A DNA stretch of 64,000 nt, taken from positions 189,782,001 through 189,846,000 of the forward strand of contig NC_091470.1 in NCBI RefSeq assembly GCF_036971445.1, read 5' to 3'. Made by a program: the position numbers and the translations under genes. The DNA is from Narcine bancroftii (lineage: Eukaryota). The notes beneath the pieces are model-generated. The model made no database searches, had not been told where the DNA came from, and saw only the letters and a program-made list of their open reading frames with translations. This document shows positions 25,205 to 37,708 of this stretch, piece by piece; position 1 is the stretch's first letter; each line of letters opens with the position of its first letter.

Positions 25205-26519
25205 GTGAGGCAGTGTGGCGGAGGCTCTGACTGGTGGTCAGAGGCTTTCAATCGACCCACTCAGCTTTCATAACCCATCAAATTGCATCCATGCCTGGGC
25301 CAATGGCTTTGATCATTGAAAGGAGCTGCTCCCCACCACACACAAGAGAGCAATTTACATCAGGGAAACCCAAAAATCTGCAGGCCCTGTGATTGCAGTA
25401 AAAACAGGCCAAAATGCTGATGGGATTCAGCCGGTCTTTCAGCGCACATAAAAGGCAAAGAGATATTGCCGATGTTTCATGGAACAAGCAGAATAAGCCA
25501 GAAGCAGGATTCAGACGATGTGACTGGGGAAGGAGTCCAGACCAGCAAAAGGTGTTAATTGGATACGATAAGGGACAAGGTTAGAATTGGTCATGTTTGT
25601 GCAAAAGGAAAGTAGGCCAATTGGCCCTTCAAGCCAGCACTGCCATTTATCGGATCATTGCTGATCTTTCCCTTTCAATAACCCGCTGTTGTTTGAATGT
25701 CCAAATAGTACCAGCCTCTACGTCCAACCCACCAATGAACCCACCAGGCACCCACCACTCTCTGATAAAAGATGCTTACCTCTGACATCTCCCCTAAACT
25801 TCCTCCACTCACTTTATACCGTACAGATGTCCTCTGGTATTTCTTGTTATCGCCCTGGGAAAATTGTGCTGACCGTCCACCCTGTCTAAGCCCCTCACAA
25901 CCCTCTGTGTCTCTATTGTCACCCCCCTCATCCTCCAGCACGCCAAAGAGAAAAGCTCCCCAGCTCCCTCGTCCTTCCCATGAGATGTAGGAGGAATTCA
26001 GAGCCGTCTGTGGTTGGGGGAGGAGGAGAGGAGGGAGGAAGGGGCAGGGGAGGAGCATGAGGTAGTAGGTCATAGAGAAGGCAGAGGGCTAAAGAATGGG
26101 GGGGGGAGCTCTCGGATAAGAGAAGGAAGGGAAAGGGGTGGGGAGCTGGAGGACGGGCAAACTCCACACAGACAGCAGCTGAGGTCGGGATCGAACTCGA
26201 GTCGCCAGCACGGTGAGGCAGTAGTTCTACTCAGCACTGCAAAAATTGTGTCTGGAACGGGATTTTCATTTTTATTCAACCACAACAGAAATAGAACTGC
26301 CACTTCACAGTTAGAATCGACCATGATGTCCATCTTTAACCCTGAGCTCTTTGTGGAATTAGGAAGATTCCTCTCCTGCCACGGTTACCATCTCTGGTTA
26401 AAGAACTTGTTTCCATGCTTTACAAATCTTTCATCCAGTCTCACACACCCTCCTCTCCACCCCTTCCCTGACCCTTCTGTTCTAAATGATATGCCCAATG
26501 CCCACAGTAACAGTTAATG

Positions 26520-26735
26520 CGCCGGTTAGCCCAATGCCATTACGGGGTCAGAGACCCAGGTTCGAATCCAGCGCTGTCTGTAAGGAGTTTGCACGTTCTC
26601 CCCATGACCTGCATGGGCTTTTTCTGGATGCTCCAGTTTCCACCCACCCTCCAAAAACGTTTGAGCATGGTCCTTTTAATTGGGAAGCACGGGCTAGCAG
26701 ATCAGAAGGGCCTGTTACCATGCTGTATGTCTAAA
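26520..26735 (+). mobile_element. tRNA-derived V-SINE-like element
   Basis: B-box-like GGTTCGAATCC followed by GCTGTCTGTAAGGAGTTTGCACGTTCTCCCC core; related copies at ~34250-34380, 35770-35930, 36060-36290, 56230-56340. Confidence 0.7.
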
Positions 26736-27129
26736 ATTAAATCTTTGCCGCACTGACTGGTCCGGTCCTGATATTCCCTGATCCCTCTCAATCTTTCCCA
26801 CCTTCTCCCTTGAATCATTATTGATCTTTTAAATTCTGGGCCTGGCTGGCAAAGCCACCCTTTATTACTTTTGAACTTGAATGGCCTTTGGGACCATTTC
26901 GGGGAGCATTTAAGGGCTGGCCACGAGGGTCAGATGTGGACCAGGCTGGAACCACCCAATCCCGCAAACCCATCTAACCTTTCCTCGGCTGAGCTGCTTT
27001 CCCCTCTTCTCAGGCAAGCCTTCCATATCCTTGACCCTCCCCTCTCACCACCCCACCCCCACCACCACCCTACTCCCACAAATCTGAATCAAACCTCCCC
27101 ATCTCCTTGCTTTTCGCATTCCCCTCCAT

Positions 27130-27760
27130 GGAGTCATGGAAGGTTACAGCATGAAAACATGCCCTTCAGCCCTTCTATTCTGCCTAGTCCCATTGCCCTG
27201 CACCAAGTCCATGTCCCTCTGTACCTTTCTTGTTCTTTTCTTCAACATGGAAATAGAACCCGCGTTCACCACTTCAGCTCATTCCACACCCCCACCATTT
27301 TCTGTGTGAAGTTCCCTGCTAAACTTCTCCCCTTTCACCCTTAACCCATGTCCTTTATTTTGTATTTTACCTACACTCAGTGGGAAAAGCTGACCTGCAT
27401 TTACTCTGTCCATACCCCTCATAATTTTAAATACCTCTATCAAATCTCCCAAGGGATGAAGTCCTAATCTGTTTAACTGTTGCCTCTAACTCAGTTCCTG
27501 AAGTCCCAGCAACATACTAGCAAATCTCTGCACACTTACTATCTTATTGATATCCTTCTTGTAGTTCGGTGTCCATAAACATGAGCAATATTCCACATTT
27601 GGCCTCACCAATGACTTATACCACTTTATCATAGCATCCCCCATCTCTTCTGACTTCTCACACAGCCTACCCCTCTGATCCTCAAGAGGCCCAATTTTAT
27701 CCCTCACTTTTAATGTACCTGTAAAAACCCTTCGGATTTATTTTTTTTTGACCTTGCCTG
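27130..27760 (-). mobile_element. Deleted CR1 fragment
   Basis: KINPKGFYRYIKS; YKSLVRPNVEYC. Confidence 0.75.
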
Positions 27761-28320
27761 GTGTGACAGTACTTGAGGCCATAGACAGACACAAGTATGG
27801 GAGTGGGGTGCAGACTGAAAGGGTTGGTCACTGGGAGGTCCCTGTCACTGATGTGGACAGAGTGAAGGTGCTCCGTGAAGTGAAGGAACAACCCCATATT
27901 TCCTGCCTGTGCACTCTCCAGCCGTCACCATGTGTCTAAATCTAAATCTCACTTACAACAATGGTCCCGACCACTTCTCAACCTGGTGTGGATACGGCAC
28001 CAACATTAAATAAGGAACGAGAAGCCCAGTTCGATGGTGGTTAATCAGTAGGCACCCATTACTGAAACACACCTTGATCTTGATTCTCCAGCGTCGTCTT
28101 TGGCTTGTGACCTGGAGTGGAGCTTGGGTTCATTCTTTGGGGAAAAGACCCAGCTTCTCCATGTGATGGGCTTTATTACCTCCCCCCCCCCCCGCTGATC
28201 AGTGGGGCCAACCCAGGTGATCCACAGAGCCAGTGGCGTCCTGTGTAATCTTTTGAAAAGGCCAATTGCAAGGTAAAGGCTAAGCCTTGTCCTTGATTGA
28301 TAGATGCAGTGGATTCCAAG

Positions 28321-28512
28321 CAGGTTCCCACCGGAGAGGTCACATGACTCTCCACAATCCACATTCCGACCAGGTTCTTGCCAGAGAGGTCACGTGACCC
28401 TCCACAATCCATATTCCTACCAAGTCCCTGCCGGAGAGTTCACATGACTCTCCACAATCCATATTCTGACCAGGTTCCCACCAAAGAGGTCACATGACCC
28501 TCCACAATCCAG
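28321..28512. repeat. 50-bp tandem repeat x4 with a palindromic E-box core
   Basis: Unit starts at 28321, 28371, 28421 and 28471; cores GTCACATGAC, GTCACGTGAC, TTCACATGAC, GTCACATGAC. Confidence 0.92.
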
Positions 28513-28675
28513 ACCACAAGTGAGAATGGTTCATAGGTACTCTCACCTTTTGTTGAATTAGTGTCTTTTTCCCCAGCAGTTACGATAGAACCAGACCCAA
28601 CATGCCTGTCGTCGTGTCACCCCTTTAGAACTGTTGTGGGTTGAACCATGCTTCTGATACGATTTTTTTCTCCAG

Positions 28676-28906
28676 AACCAGGGTGACACAGTTCGGGACA
28701 AGATCCAACAAGCTTTCGACTCTCTCCGGAAGTTTCTGGAGAAGGAGGAAAAGGCCATTGCCACAGAAGTGGAAGATCAGGAGGAGTACTTCCTAGGGCA
28801 GCTGGAAGACAGTAATGCTCAAACTGGAGGCAACCCCATCTCCCTTCATCACCTGATAATGGATATTAAAAAAAAGTTGCAGCAGGAGGAGGTTCCCTTA
28901 CTCAAG
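28676..28906 (+). CDS. TRIM gene exon 3 (coiled-coil, 231 bp, NQGDTVRDKIQQAFDSLRKFLEKEEKAIATEVEDQEEYFLGQL...QQEEVPLLK)
   Basis: tttttttctccag| ... AAG|gtaaga; exactly the characteristic 231-bp TRIM coiled-coil exon; F..LR.FL..EE motif. Confidence 0.93.
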
Positions 28907-29059
28907 GTAAGAAGTGGCTGTGGTCAGGAGCAATAAAATTGTTAAACTGTTTCTGGTACAGCTTTTGGTCCATTATCCTCCTAGCAGCTCAACAAAGTTA
29001 CTGGAAGTTCAGCTACAGGTTAGAACAACACCTTTACAGTGTCATAGACCCAGGTTCAG

Positions 29060-29720
29060 AATCGGAATCAGAATTGATTGTCATGAAGAAGTCACAAAAT
29101 TGGTTGTTTTGCGGCAGCGTCACGGTGCAAACATTTATATAAAGCTCCTTGCAACAGTAAATAAAAATAGTTCACGTAAAGTCAATGTGAGGCAGTGTCT
29201 TTGGTTAACTGATTATTCAGGAATCTGATGGCAGTGGGGAACAAGCTGTCCTTGTGCCGCTGAGTGCTCGTCTTCAGGCTCCTGGACCTTTTCCCCGATA
29301 GTAGCAGAGTGAAGAGGGAATGACTGGGTGGTGGTGGGGTCTTTGAGGATAGCGGCTGCTTTTTTAAGACACCGCCTCATGTCGATGTCCTCGATGGAGT
29401 GAAGTCTGGTGCCTGTGATGCGGCAGGCCACGTTAACAATCCTTTAGGGTTATTCTTGACCTGAAAGTTGGTGCCTCCACACCAGACAGTGATGCAACCA
29501 GCCTGAATGCTCTCCACGGTCCACCTGTAGAAGTTTATGGAAGTCTTTGGTGCCATATCGAATCTCCTCGGACACTTATAGCCGCTGGCAAACCTTCTTC
29601 GTGATTGTATTGACATCGAGGCTCCAGGACAGATCCTCGAAGATGTTGACACCCAGGAATTTGTTGTCTGCCTCCAGTGCGGAGCCCTCGATGAGGACTG
29701 GATCAAACCTGATGCTCTCT
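29060..29720 (-). mobile_element. Rex1/Babar-type LINE 3' fragment
   Basis: NFYRWTVESIQAGCITVWCG; RRCLKKAAAILKDP; TCTGA-type tail. Confidence 0.8.
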
Positions 29721-30049
29721 GTCATGAATTTGTCCATTCTCTCCATGACTGCTCATCCCTTGAGGAAGGACCCAGGCCTGAAACGTTGGTTAACCTTTCC
29801 TTACCAGAGATGCTGCTTGACCTGCTGAGTTTCTCCAGCACACTTATATTTGAAAAGGCAGGGCCTTTAATTCTGAGGCTGTACCTCCGTGCCCAGACTC
29901 TGCTATCACCAGAAATAACTTCTCGACCTCCACCTCATTTGGGCCTTTCAATATTTTACCTTTCGCAAACTCCTTCTGAGAAGCAGGACAAGTGCAGGCC
30001 CTGTGCTGGGCTTCAGCACCATTCGGCCACAGAAGAGTTGGTCACAGGG

Positions 30050-30980
30050 TGAGAGTCAAGTTTATTGTCATCCGATTGTACACGTACAACCTGATGAAAC
30101 GGCATTCTCTGGTCCTCGGTGCAAAACACACAGGCACACAACCAGACATAACACACCTACAGACAAACAATACATATACAGGACTAGTATTCATATACAC
30201 AAATAAATATTGAATTTTTTAAATTTGAGAGGGTTAGTGTGGGCAGTTCCTTTGGTCGTTCAGCATTCTCACTGCCTGTGGGAAGAATCTGATCCTCAGC
30301 CTGGTGGTGCTGGCTCTGATACTCCTGTATCTCATCCCCAGTGGGAGCAGCTGAAAGATGCTGTGTGCAGAGTGGAAAGGTGGTTCTCAATGACTTTGTG
30401 TGTCCTCTTCAACCAATTATCCTGATAGATGGGGGTGGGGGGATGGGAAGGAGACTCCAGTGATCCTCTCTGCCGCTGTTATGGACCTGTAGATTGACCC
30501 CTGATCTATTTCTCTGTAGCAACCGAACCACACTGTCATGCAGCTGGCCAGGACGCTCTCGATGGAGCACTTGTAGAAAGGTGACATGATGGTGGAGAGA
30601 AGCCTTGCCCACCTCAATCTAATCAGGAAGTCCAGTCACTGTTGCACCTTCCTAACAAGTGAGGAGATGTGTGTCCACAATAGGTTGCTAGTTAAGTGGA
30701 CTCTAGGGAACTTGGCTCCGCTCTCTCCACTACAGAGTTGTTGATGTGTAGTGGAGGATGGTCCTTCCTGGTCCCCCTGAAGTCCACGATCATTTCCTTC
30801 ATCTTGTCCATGTTGAGATTCAGGTTGTTACTCTCGCACCATATCACGAGATTTTCCACCTCCTCTATGTTGCGCGACTCATGTTGTGGCTGATGAGGCC
30901 GACAACTGCTGTCATATCTGAAAATTTCACTGCTGGATCTGGCGATGCAGCCGTGGGTCAGGAGCATGAACAGGAGCTCT
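30050..30980 (-). mobile_element. Rex1/Babar-type LINE fragment
   Basis: EEVENLVIWCESNNLNLNMDKMKEMIVDFR; FYKCSIESVLASCMTVWFG. Confidence 0.82.
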
Positions 30981-31344
30981 GAGGTGTGCCACTGCCCTGC
31001 ACGACGATGGTCTGCTACCATACAGGCTCCCTCCCTTTGTTTCAATGTGAAGTTGGTGCAGACATCCTGCCGCCGTCCGTTGCCTCTCCTCCGTACTGAG
31101 ACTCCACCCTGTGACCCCACTGTGCTCCTCCACGCCCCACAAATCACTGTGCAATCAGACTCTGGACTATGAAAATGAAACCCAGCAGGGGTGCCAGGCG
31201 ATGCTATGGGCGATCTTATTTGTTCTGATGGCAGATGAAGAGAATCATGTGATTATTATTTATTGGACAACACTAATAGGAGTATTGACTTGGTGCTATG
31301 TTTCTCTTCCCCTTCAGATACATTACTCGTGTCATCGTTGATAG

Positions 31345-31882
31345 TCAATCCCCACTTCTTTGGCCTAAAATTCATGTGTTTTCGTATGACCCGTATAAAA
31401 TTCGACCCTCCACCTATTTTTGGATGTGACTGCCCACCCATCTGAGCTCCTGACACCCTGACCACAGATCTTCAACCCCAGCTGCCCACCCACCTGAGCT
31501 CCCGACGCCCTGACCACAGATCTTCAACCCAAGCTGCCCGCCCACCTGAGCTCCCGACGTCCCAGCCACTCGCGCACCGGAGTTTCCAACACCTCGACCG
31601 CGTGGGAGTCACACCAGGGCTGCCCGCCCTTCCAAGCTCCTGATCCCCTCCCCCCCCCCCCCATGACTCTGGATCCTTGCCCCAGCCACCCATTCCTCCG
31701 AGCTCCCGACGCCCTGACCCTGCAGACTCACCACCCTGTCCCGGCCATCCAAGCTCCTGCTGCCTTGAACGACGCAGGTACTTACCGTGGTCAAAAGCAT
31801 GGCCAGTGTAAAAATTGACCCCCCCCTCCCCAAATTTGATCTGGAAAATTGGTCCAAAAATTTTTGATGATTACACAAGTAT
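31345..31882. mobile_element. Tc2/pogo-like MITE remnant with internal C-rich repeats
   Basis: CCCGTATAAAATTCGACCC-type subterminal motifs; repeated CTGCCCACCCACCTGAGCTCCCGAC. Confidence 0.45.
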
Positions 31883-31970
31883 TAATGGAAGATGTTTCTT
31901 TTGACAGTTGTGCTGTTCTGAGCTGGTTTGCCTCATTATTCAAACAATCTTCAATTCTTTCTCCTTTTAG

Positions 31971-31993
31971 AATATCGGTGCTATATTTGACAG
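31971..31993 (+). CDS. TRIM gene exon 4 (23-bp exon, NIGAIFDR)
   Basis: ttctttctccttttag| AATATCGGTGCTATATTTGACAG |gtatgt; 23 bp, phase 0-2, the characteristic TRIM micro-exon; restores frame into exon 5. Confidence 0.85.
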
Positions 31994-32095
31994 GTATGTG
32001 ACTTTTTCCAAGTTCCACTTCATTATTATCTTCATTATCAACCAGATGAAGCAGCATTCTTCCGGGACCAAGGGGCAGTTACTTACACAGAATAA

Positions 32096-32626
32096 CACTG
32101 GACAACAATTTTTCTCAAAAGGTTTGCTTCCTGAAAAAAAAAATTGGGGATTATGATCGAGAACTTCAAGCCAAACGCAAATATAGTTTCAGATTTGTTG
32201 TATTATGTAGGAAGTTGGAGAATCATTAGCTTTGATAGAATTTAGCATAAACCCACCTAAAAATGTTTTGCCACTGATATTCATTTGTACTCAGCATCTG
32301 ATGCCTCCCGTGTCACTGTCCAACAATAGTTGACCGGCGTTGATGAATTCCAATTGCCCTGATACTGATACAGTGTCCTGGTGAAACCTTTCACCATGTC
32401 CGTCACTGACGGCACCAAGATCAGCGGGAAAGACATCCAAGTGCGTGGTTTTGTCTGCTTGAAGTAGACAAAATATGACAGGAAATCACAGAAGTAGGTT
32501 ATATCTTAAAAAAAAAGAAAATGGTACATGTTTAGAAATCTTTAAGGTGATTTTTGTGATTAGCAGCCCAAAATCCATAAAATATACCCAAAATTGTTCA
32601 GGAAGAAAAATCTTCATTGTCCAGTG
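32096..32626 (-). mobile_element. Non-autonomous Chapaev3-type element (531 bp)
   Basis: TAA|CACTGGACAA...TTGTCCAGTG|TAA: TIRs and 3-bp TWA TSD. Confidence 0.85.
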
Positions 32627-33369
32627 TAATCCCATTCATAGACAAAAATATACCATAAAATGAATATTTATAAATATTCTGGAATAATTTACTCAATTTC
32701 ATTTATAAGAGTCCCAAGGTTTACAGGATCCAGTTCGTCAATCTCACAGCCTGTGGGAAGATGCTATTTCCCAGTCTGGCCGACCTGGTTTAGATGCTCC
32801 TGTCCCTCCTTCATGATGGTTGTGGATCAAAGATCCTTTGTGCTAGTTGGTTGGGGTCCTCAATCATCTATGAGCCTCGAGGAAAGGGAGACCCCAGTGA
32901 TCTTCTCGGCCTCTGTATGCTTTGCAGCTACCGTCCGACACCATGATGCAGTCAGACAGGATGCCCTCAATTGTCCTCCTGTGAAATGTTATCAAGATGT
33001 GTGCATTGGGGAGGAGAGGAGGATGGGAGGAGTGCAGGCTAACAGGTAAGAGGTGGCTCTGTTTGAAGGGTAGAAGAGAAAAAAGCTGAGGTGATGGGAG
33101 ATGGGATTGCTCTCTGAAGGGGGACAGGAATCTGGAGGAAAGGAGACAGAGATATAGGGAAGGAGAGAGACTCGGGGGAGAGGGAAATTAGAAATGTTAA
33201 GGCCATCTGGTTGGAGAGTCCAAAGATGGAATCCAAGGTATTGTTCCTCCAATCTGCAGGTAGCCTTGGTACAGACATGCATTGAGGACCTCCCCAGTGG
33301 CCACGCTCCTTTCCCACACCAACAAGTCCACTCATTACCTCAAAAGCACACCCAAACCGAGACTACTTG

Positions 33370-34190
33370 TAATAACCATATAACACCACAGCACAGAAAC
33401 AGGCAATTTGGCCCTTCTAGTCCATGTCAAACACTTTCTCCCACCTCACCCCACTGACCTACATTCAACCTGTAACCTACCTAATGATTGAACCTGCCTA
33501 ACAAACCTTCCCTGAGGAACTTTATCAAAGGCCTTACTAAAGTCCAGATATACAGCAACCACTGTCTTCCCCTCGTCAACTTCCTAGTAACCTCCTCAAA
33601 AAATTCAATAAGGTATGCCAAACATGATCTTCCCCTCACAAATCCATGTTGACCATGCCTAATCAAATCCTGCCTATCCAGATATTTATATATACCATCT
33701 CTAAGAATATTTTCCATGAACTTACCCACTACTGATGTCAAATTTACAGGCCTATAATTACTGGATATTCTCCCTTTTTTAAACAATGCAACCACATGAG
33801 CTACTCTCCAACCTCCGGCACCATTCCCATTACTAATGATACTTGATATTTTAAATATCTCCGTCCAAGCCCCTACTATTTCTACACTAACATCCCGCTA
33901 GGATCTAGGGAATATCTTGTCAGGGCCTGGAGACTTATCCACCTTTATTTTCATTAAAAGCACCAGAATTTCCTCTTCTTTATTCATCATTCTTTCCATA
34001 ACTTCCCTACTTAGTTTAAACAGATCAATAACTTCAAAATCTCTTTTGGCTGCACACATAGTCATCCCCTCTCACCCTCTTGGGGACCCATTTTATTCCT
34101 CCCTATCCTTTTGCTCCTCATGTATCTATACAAACCCTTTGGATTTATTTTCACCTTACTTGACAAAGCAACCTCATATCTCTGGTCAAT
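33370..34190 (-). mobile_element. CR1 ORF2 fragment
   Basis: NYRPVNLTSVVGKFME...QHGFVRGRSCL. Confidence 0.88.
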
Positions 34191-34390
34191 AGAGGAAAGG
34201 GAGACCCTAGTGATCTTCCTGTACACGTTGATGATCCTTTCTAGTGTGTTTTGAACAGTGGGAAGAAACTGAAGCTCCTGGGATAACTCCTTACAGACAG
34301 TGCGGGATTTGAACCCCAGTCCCAATCACTGTTGCTGCAATGGCGCTGGATTAACTGGCACCCCGACCTTGCTGCCCTTTTTTCCCCTTG

Positions 34391-35383
34391 TGTTACAAAC
34401 CCAAAGGACTCCAAAACCCAGCAGCAAATGACCAATGGTTAATTAAACAAAACTTGTTTTTAATTATCTTTAAACATGAAAACAGAATCAAACTTTAACT
34501 AAACGCTATTAACTTAACTAATGTAACTTAACCCCCTTCTAATTCTAAGTGCACGTGTATGTAATGTGTGTGTACATTTAAGAAATGTTCTTTGGTTCAC
34601 AGTCCAATCTCACTTCTCATTCTTGCAAGTTCACTGGTTGCAGGCAATTCTTATACTGTGCACTGAATTTAACATGTATAAAGTTCACCAGGCTTTGGTG
34701 CTCGAAAGGTAAATGGTTACCACTCAGGAAGGTTCTTGTAGGTTTGCAGAGAGAGGATGTGTTGTTCCAGGATTTCCACAACTGAGGTACCACCATTAGT
34801 CACCTCAATGTCTTGCTGATGAAACTTGCCCCATCAGGGTTCTCACTCTTTCTTTCAGGCTATCACAGAGTTCCTTTCTGTTTCACTTATTCCAAGAGAA
34901 ACATCAGTCAGATAGCACTTCCAGCCATCCACCAGTCTGGAGCTTCTGTTCCAGTTCCAACAAGCTTCTCCTGGCCTGTTACAGCTTTCTGGTGTCACAC
35001 ACAGTCCAAGACTCCCTTCTGTCTCTGTCTATGAGAATCAAACTGCCAGGCAGCATGTCCTTCTCTCTCTCACTTGCAAAACCCCTGACCTTCTCCAGCA
35101 GACAATACAGATTGTCTTTTGGTCAATCTGTTCTTTTAGGTAAACAATAACCTCTCAATGACCTTTCTGTGTCTCTTAGTGTTGCTTTAAAGACAATAGT
35201 CCATTCATTCACAAATCAATTAACAGCTACCTGTGAAATCTCCACAGCATTCTCCATAACTTTTGTAAAGTTACTGAATGTGATTCTTCAGTATTTCAAA
35301 CCAAATGTGTTTTAAAGTGTGTGCATGTATGTAACCTTCTCTCAAATTTATCTCCCAAATACTTTCCCAAACATTCCATCACA
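34391..35383. mobile_element. Solo LTR, same family as 10546-11535
   Basis: TGTTAC...TCACA; TSD CTTG/CCTG; colinear high similarity along its length. Confidence 0.85.
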
Positions 35384-36428
35384 CCTGTTTTTTCAACCAT
35401 TTTATTTATTTTGAAATGTGGTTTATACAAATGTTTGCACTGTCCTGCAAAACATTGTTTTGTCACATATTCATGATAATAAATTCTAATTCTTAATCTG
35501 AGATCGTCTCCAACCAGATGACATTAACATTGGCCTCCCCTCCCCTGTCTCTCTCTGTCCCTTTTCCTCTAGCTCCACACCCCCATCCCTCTCCATTCAC
35601 TCTCCCTATCATTTCTCAGCTTCTACCCCCACACATATCCACCTGTGACCTCTTACCTGCTACCCTGTCCTCCTCCCCTGCCTCTTCATCCCTCCTCTCC
35701 TGACCCTTCCTCCCTCCTCTCCCTTCCTCCCTCCTCTCTTCTCTCCTCCCCTGCCACTTCCTCCGTGCCGCCCAATTAAAACCCAATTAACCCACATCTC
35801 TGGTACATTTTGAAGGGTGGGAGAAACCCATGCAGACATGGGGAGAACATACAAACCCCTTACAAACCCTGGTCCAGATCACTGGTGCTGTAATGGCATT
35901 GCAATAACTGCCACATCAACTGTGCCACCTGCACCATTGTAACTTCCCTTTGAATTACCATCACAGTATCCGCAGGCTTTTGTGATTCACTCCAGATGTT
36001 TGGAACTTCCTTTTCAATCTTCATATGTGCGGTCCCAAGAACTAGAAGCTGTGTGGCTGAGATTTTATTTATTTGGAACATGGTAGAAGCCGGTTCCGGC
36101 CATTGAACCCCATGCTGCCCAATTATGCCCAATAAACCTGCACTTTTGAAGGGCAGGAGCATCCAGGGAAATCCCACGTGGGTCACGGGAAGAACAGAGC
36201 AACTCCATACAGATGACGGAGGATTCAAACCCGGGTCACTGACCCTGTAACACTATTGCTCTAACTGCGTCACCTGTGTGGCGGCCCATTTTCTGACTGT
36301 CCATTATGACTTGTGGTTTGCAGTCTAGTTTACAAACCAAGGTTAGTATCCCATTTCAAGAAGTTGTGATAAACCTAACTGCTGCACTTGTTCCAGAATC
36401 TAACTCTTGTGTACTCGGGTTTTCACAG

Positions 36429-36544
36429 GTCTGGTAACCTTTTACAGAAACCCAAGGAACTGCCTCTGGATTTCAGTCAGGGTGGATTCAATGTCCCACT
36501 ACAGTACATGGTGTGGAAGTTGATGTTAAAGCATATCAAACCAG
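36429..36544 (+). CDS. TRIM gene exon 5 (116 bp linker, SGNLLQKPKELPLDFSQGGFNVPLQYMVWKLMLKHIKP)
   Basis: tttcacag| ... CCAG|gtaaag, phase 2-1; PLQY.VW..M...I.P motif typical of fish TRIM35/A33-like genes. Confidence 0.9.
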
Positions 36545-36561
36545 GTAAAGTTCTTTAGTTA

Positions 36562-37155
36562 CTCTTGACATAAAAAAATTTCCAAAAGGTTTGCTTCCTG
36601 AAAAAAAATTGGGTATTATGATAGACAGCTTCAAACTGAACACAAAGATAATTTCAGATTTGCTGTATCACATAGGCAGTTGGAGAAACATTAAATTAAC
36701 TTTTATTGAACAATGCTGACACATTGTGTTAGTTCAACTGATCTCAAAATGTGTTGTCACTGATTTACATTTGTACTCAGCATCTGATGCCTCTCATGTC
36801 AGTGACCAACAAGAGTTGGGCAGCGCTGATAGATTCTAGTTGACCTGACACCGCGTTTACACAGTGGCAATGTCCCAGTGAAACTTTTCACCGTGTCCGT
36901 CACTGACGACACCAAGATCAGCGGGGAAGATGTCCAAGCGCAAATGCAGAAAATGAATTTTCAATTACATGTCGCCCCTCATGGTTTTGTGTGCTTGAAG
37001 TAGACTTAAAATATGACAGGAGATCACAAAAATAGATTACATCTAAACAACCATTTGTGAGAGGAAAATGTTACGGTGATTTTCGTGACCATCAGCCCAA
37101 ATTCCATAAAATGCACCCAAAAGTGTTCAGGAAGCAAAATCCTTATTGTCCAGTG
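36562..37155 (-). mobile_element. Non-autonomous Chapaev3-type element (~590 bp)
   Basis: TTA TSD on both sides; right TIR TTGTCCAGTG; same internal sequence as the other copies. Confidence 0.85.
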
Positions 37156-37708
37156 TTATCCGTCGCCATGGGGTAAGGCTTCTCACTAAGTGCTACTCTT
37201 CAAGGGAGACACTGCTTTGTTTGCCATGCAGTGCATGTGGATTGTGCATGATGCAGGTCTCCAGATATTTCCATGAGCTGAAGCACCCACAAACCTTCCT
37301 TTCCTTGGCCTGGAAGCTGCCCGCGCGGTGGCTCTGCCCGGCACCATATAACTACCTGGGATGTAGGAATAGTGCGGATTAGCAACTGGCCATTTGGTTC
37401 AAGTGTCCACCTATCACTTCTCAGCTTCTACCCTCCCACCTGTATCCACCTATTACCTCTTACCTGTTAGTCTGGGCTCTTCCCCTTTCCCCCATCCTCC
37501 CCTCCTGCCACCTCCCTTTTTAGAGCCCAGAAAGGGTCAATATTGGTTACCCTTCACTTCCTGTGGACGCTTCACGACCTGCTGAGTTTCTCCAGCACGT
37601 TTGTGTATTGGATTGGTCAAAATGGTTGGTTGCCTTTAAGGTGAATGTTATCTCTTTTTCTCTCTCTCTCTCTCCCACACACCCTAACACTGACTTTGTA
37701 TATTTCAG

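Noticed and set aside
26520-26600. tRNA gene
   Set aside because: The B-box belongs to a SINE head followed by the SINE core; no complete cloverleaf
10546-35383. One giant LTR retroelement bounded by the two ~990-bp LTRs and carrying TRIM exons
   Set aside because: Each LTR has its own distinct TSD (GTTA; CTTG/CCTG), so they are independent solo LTRs
36324-36341. Alternative small TRIM exon 4 (cag|TCTAGTTTACAAACCAAG|gttagt)
   Set aside because: 18 bp cannot supply the phase change into exon 5; the 23-bp exon at 31971-93 does. Placed after exon 4 it would read GTC TAG (stop)
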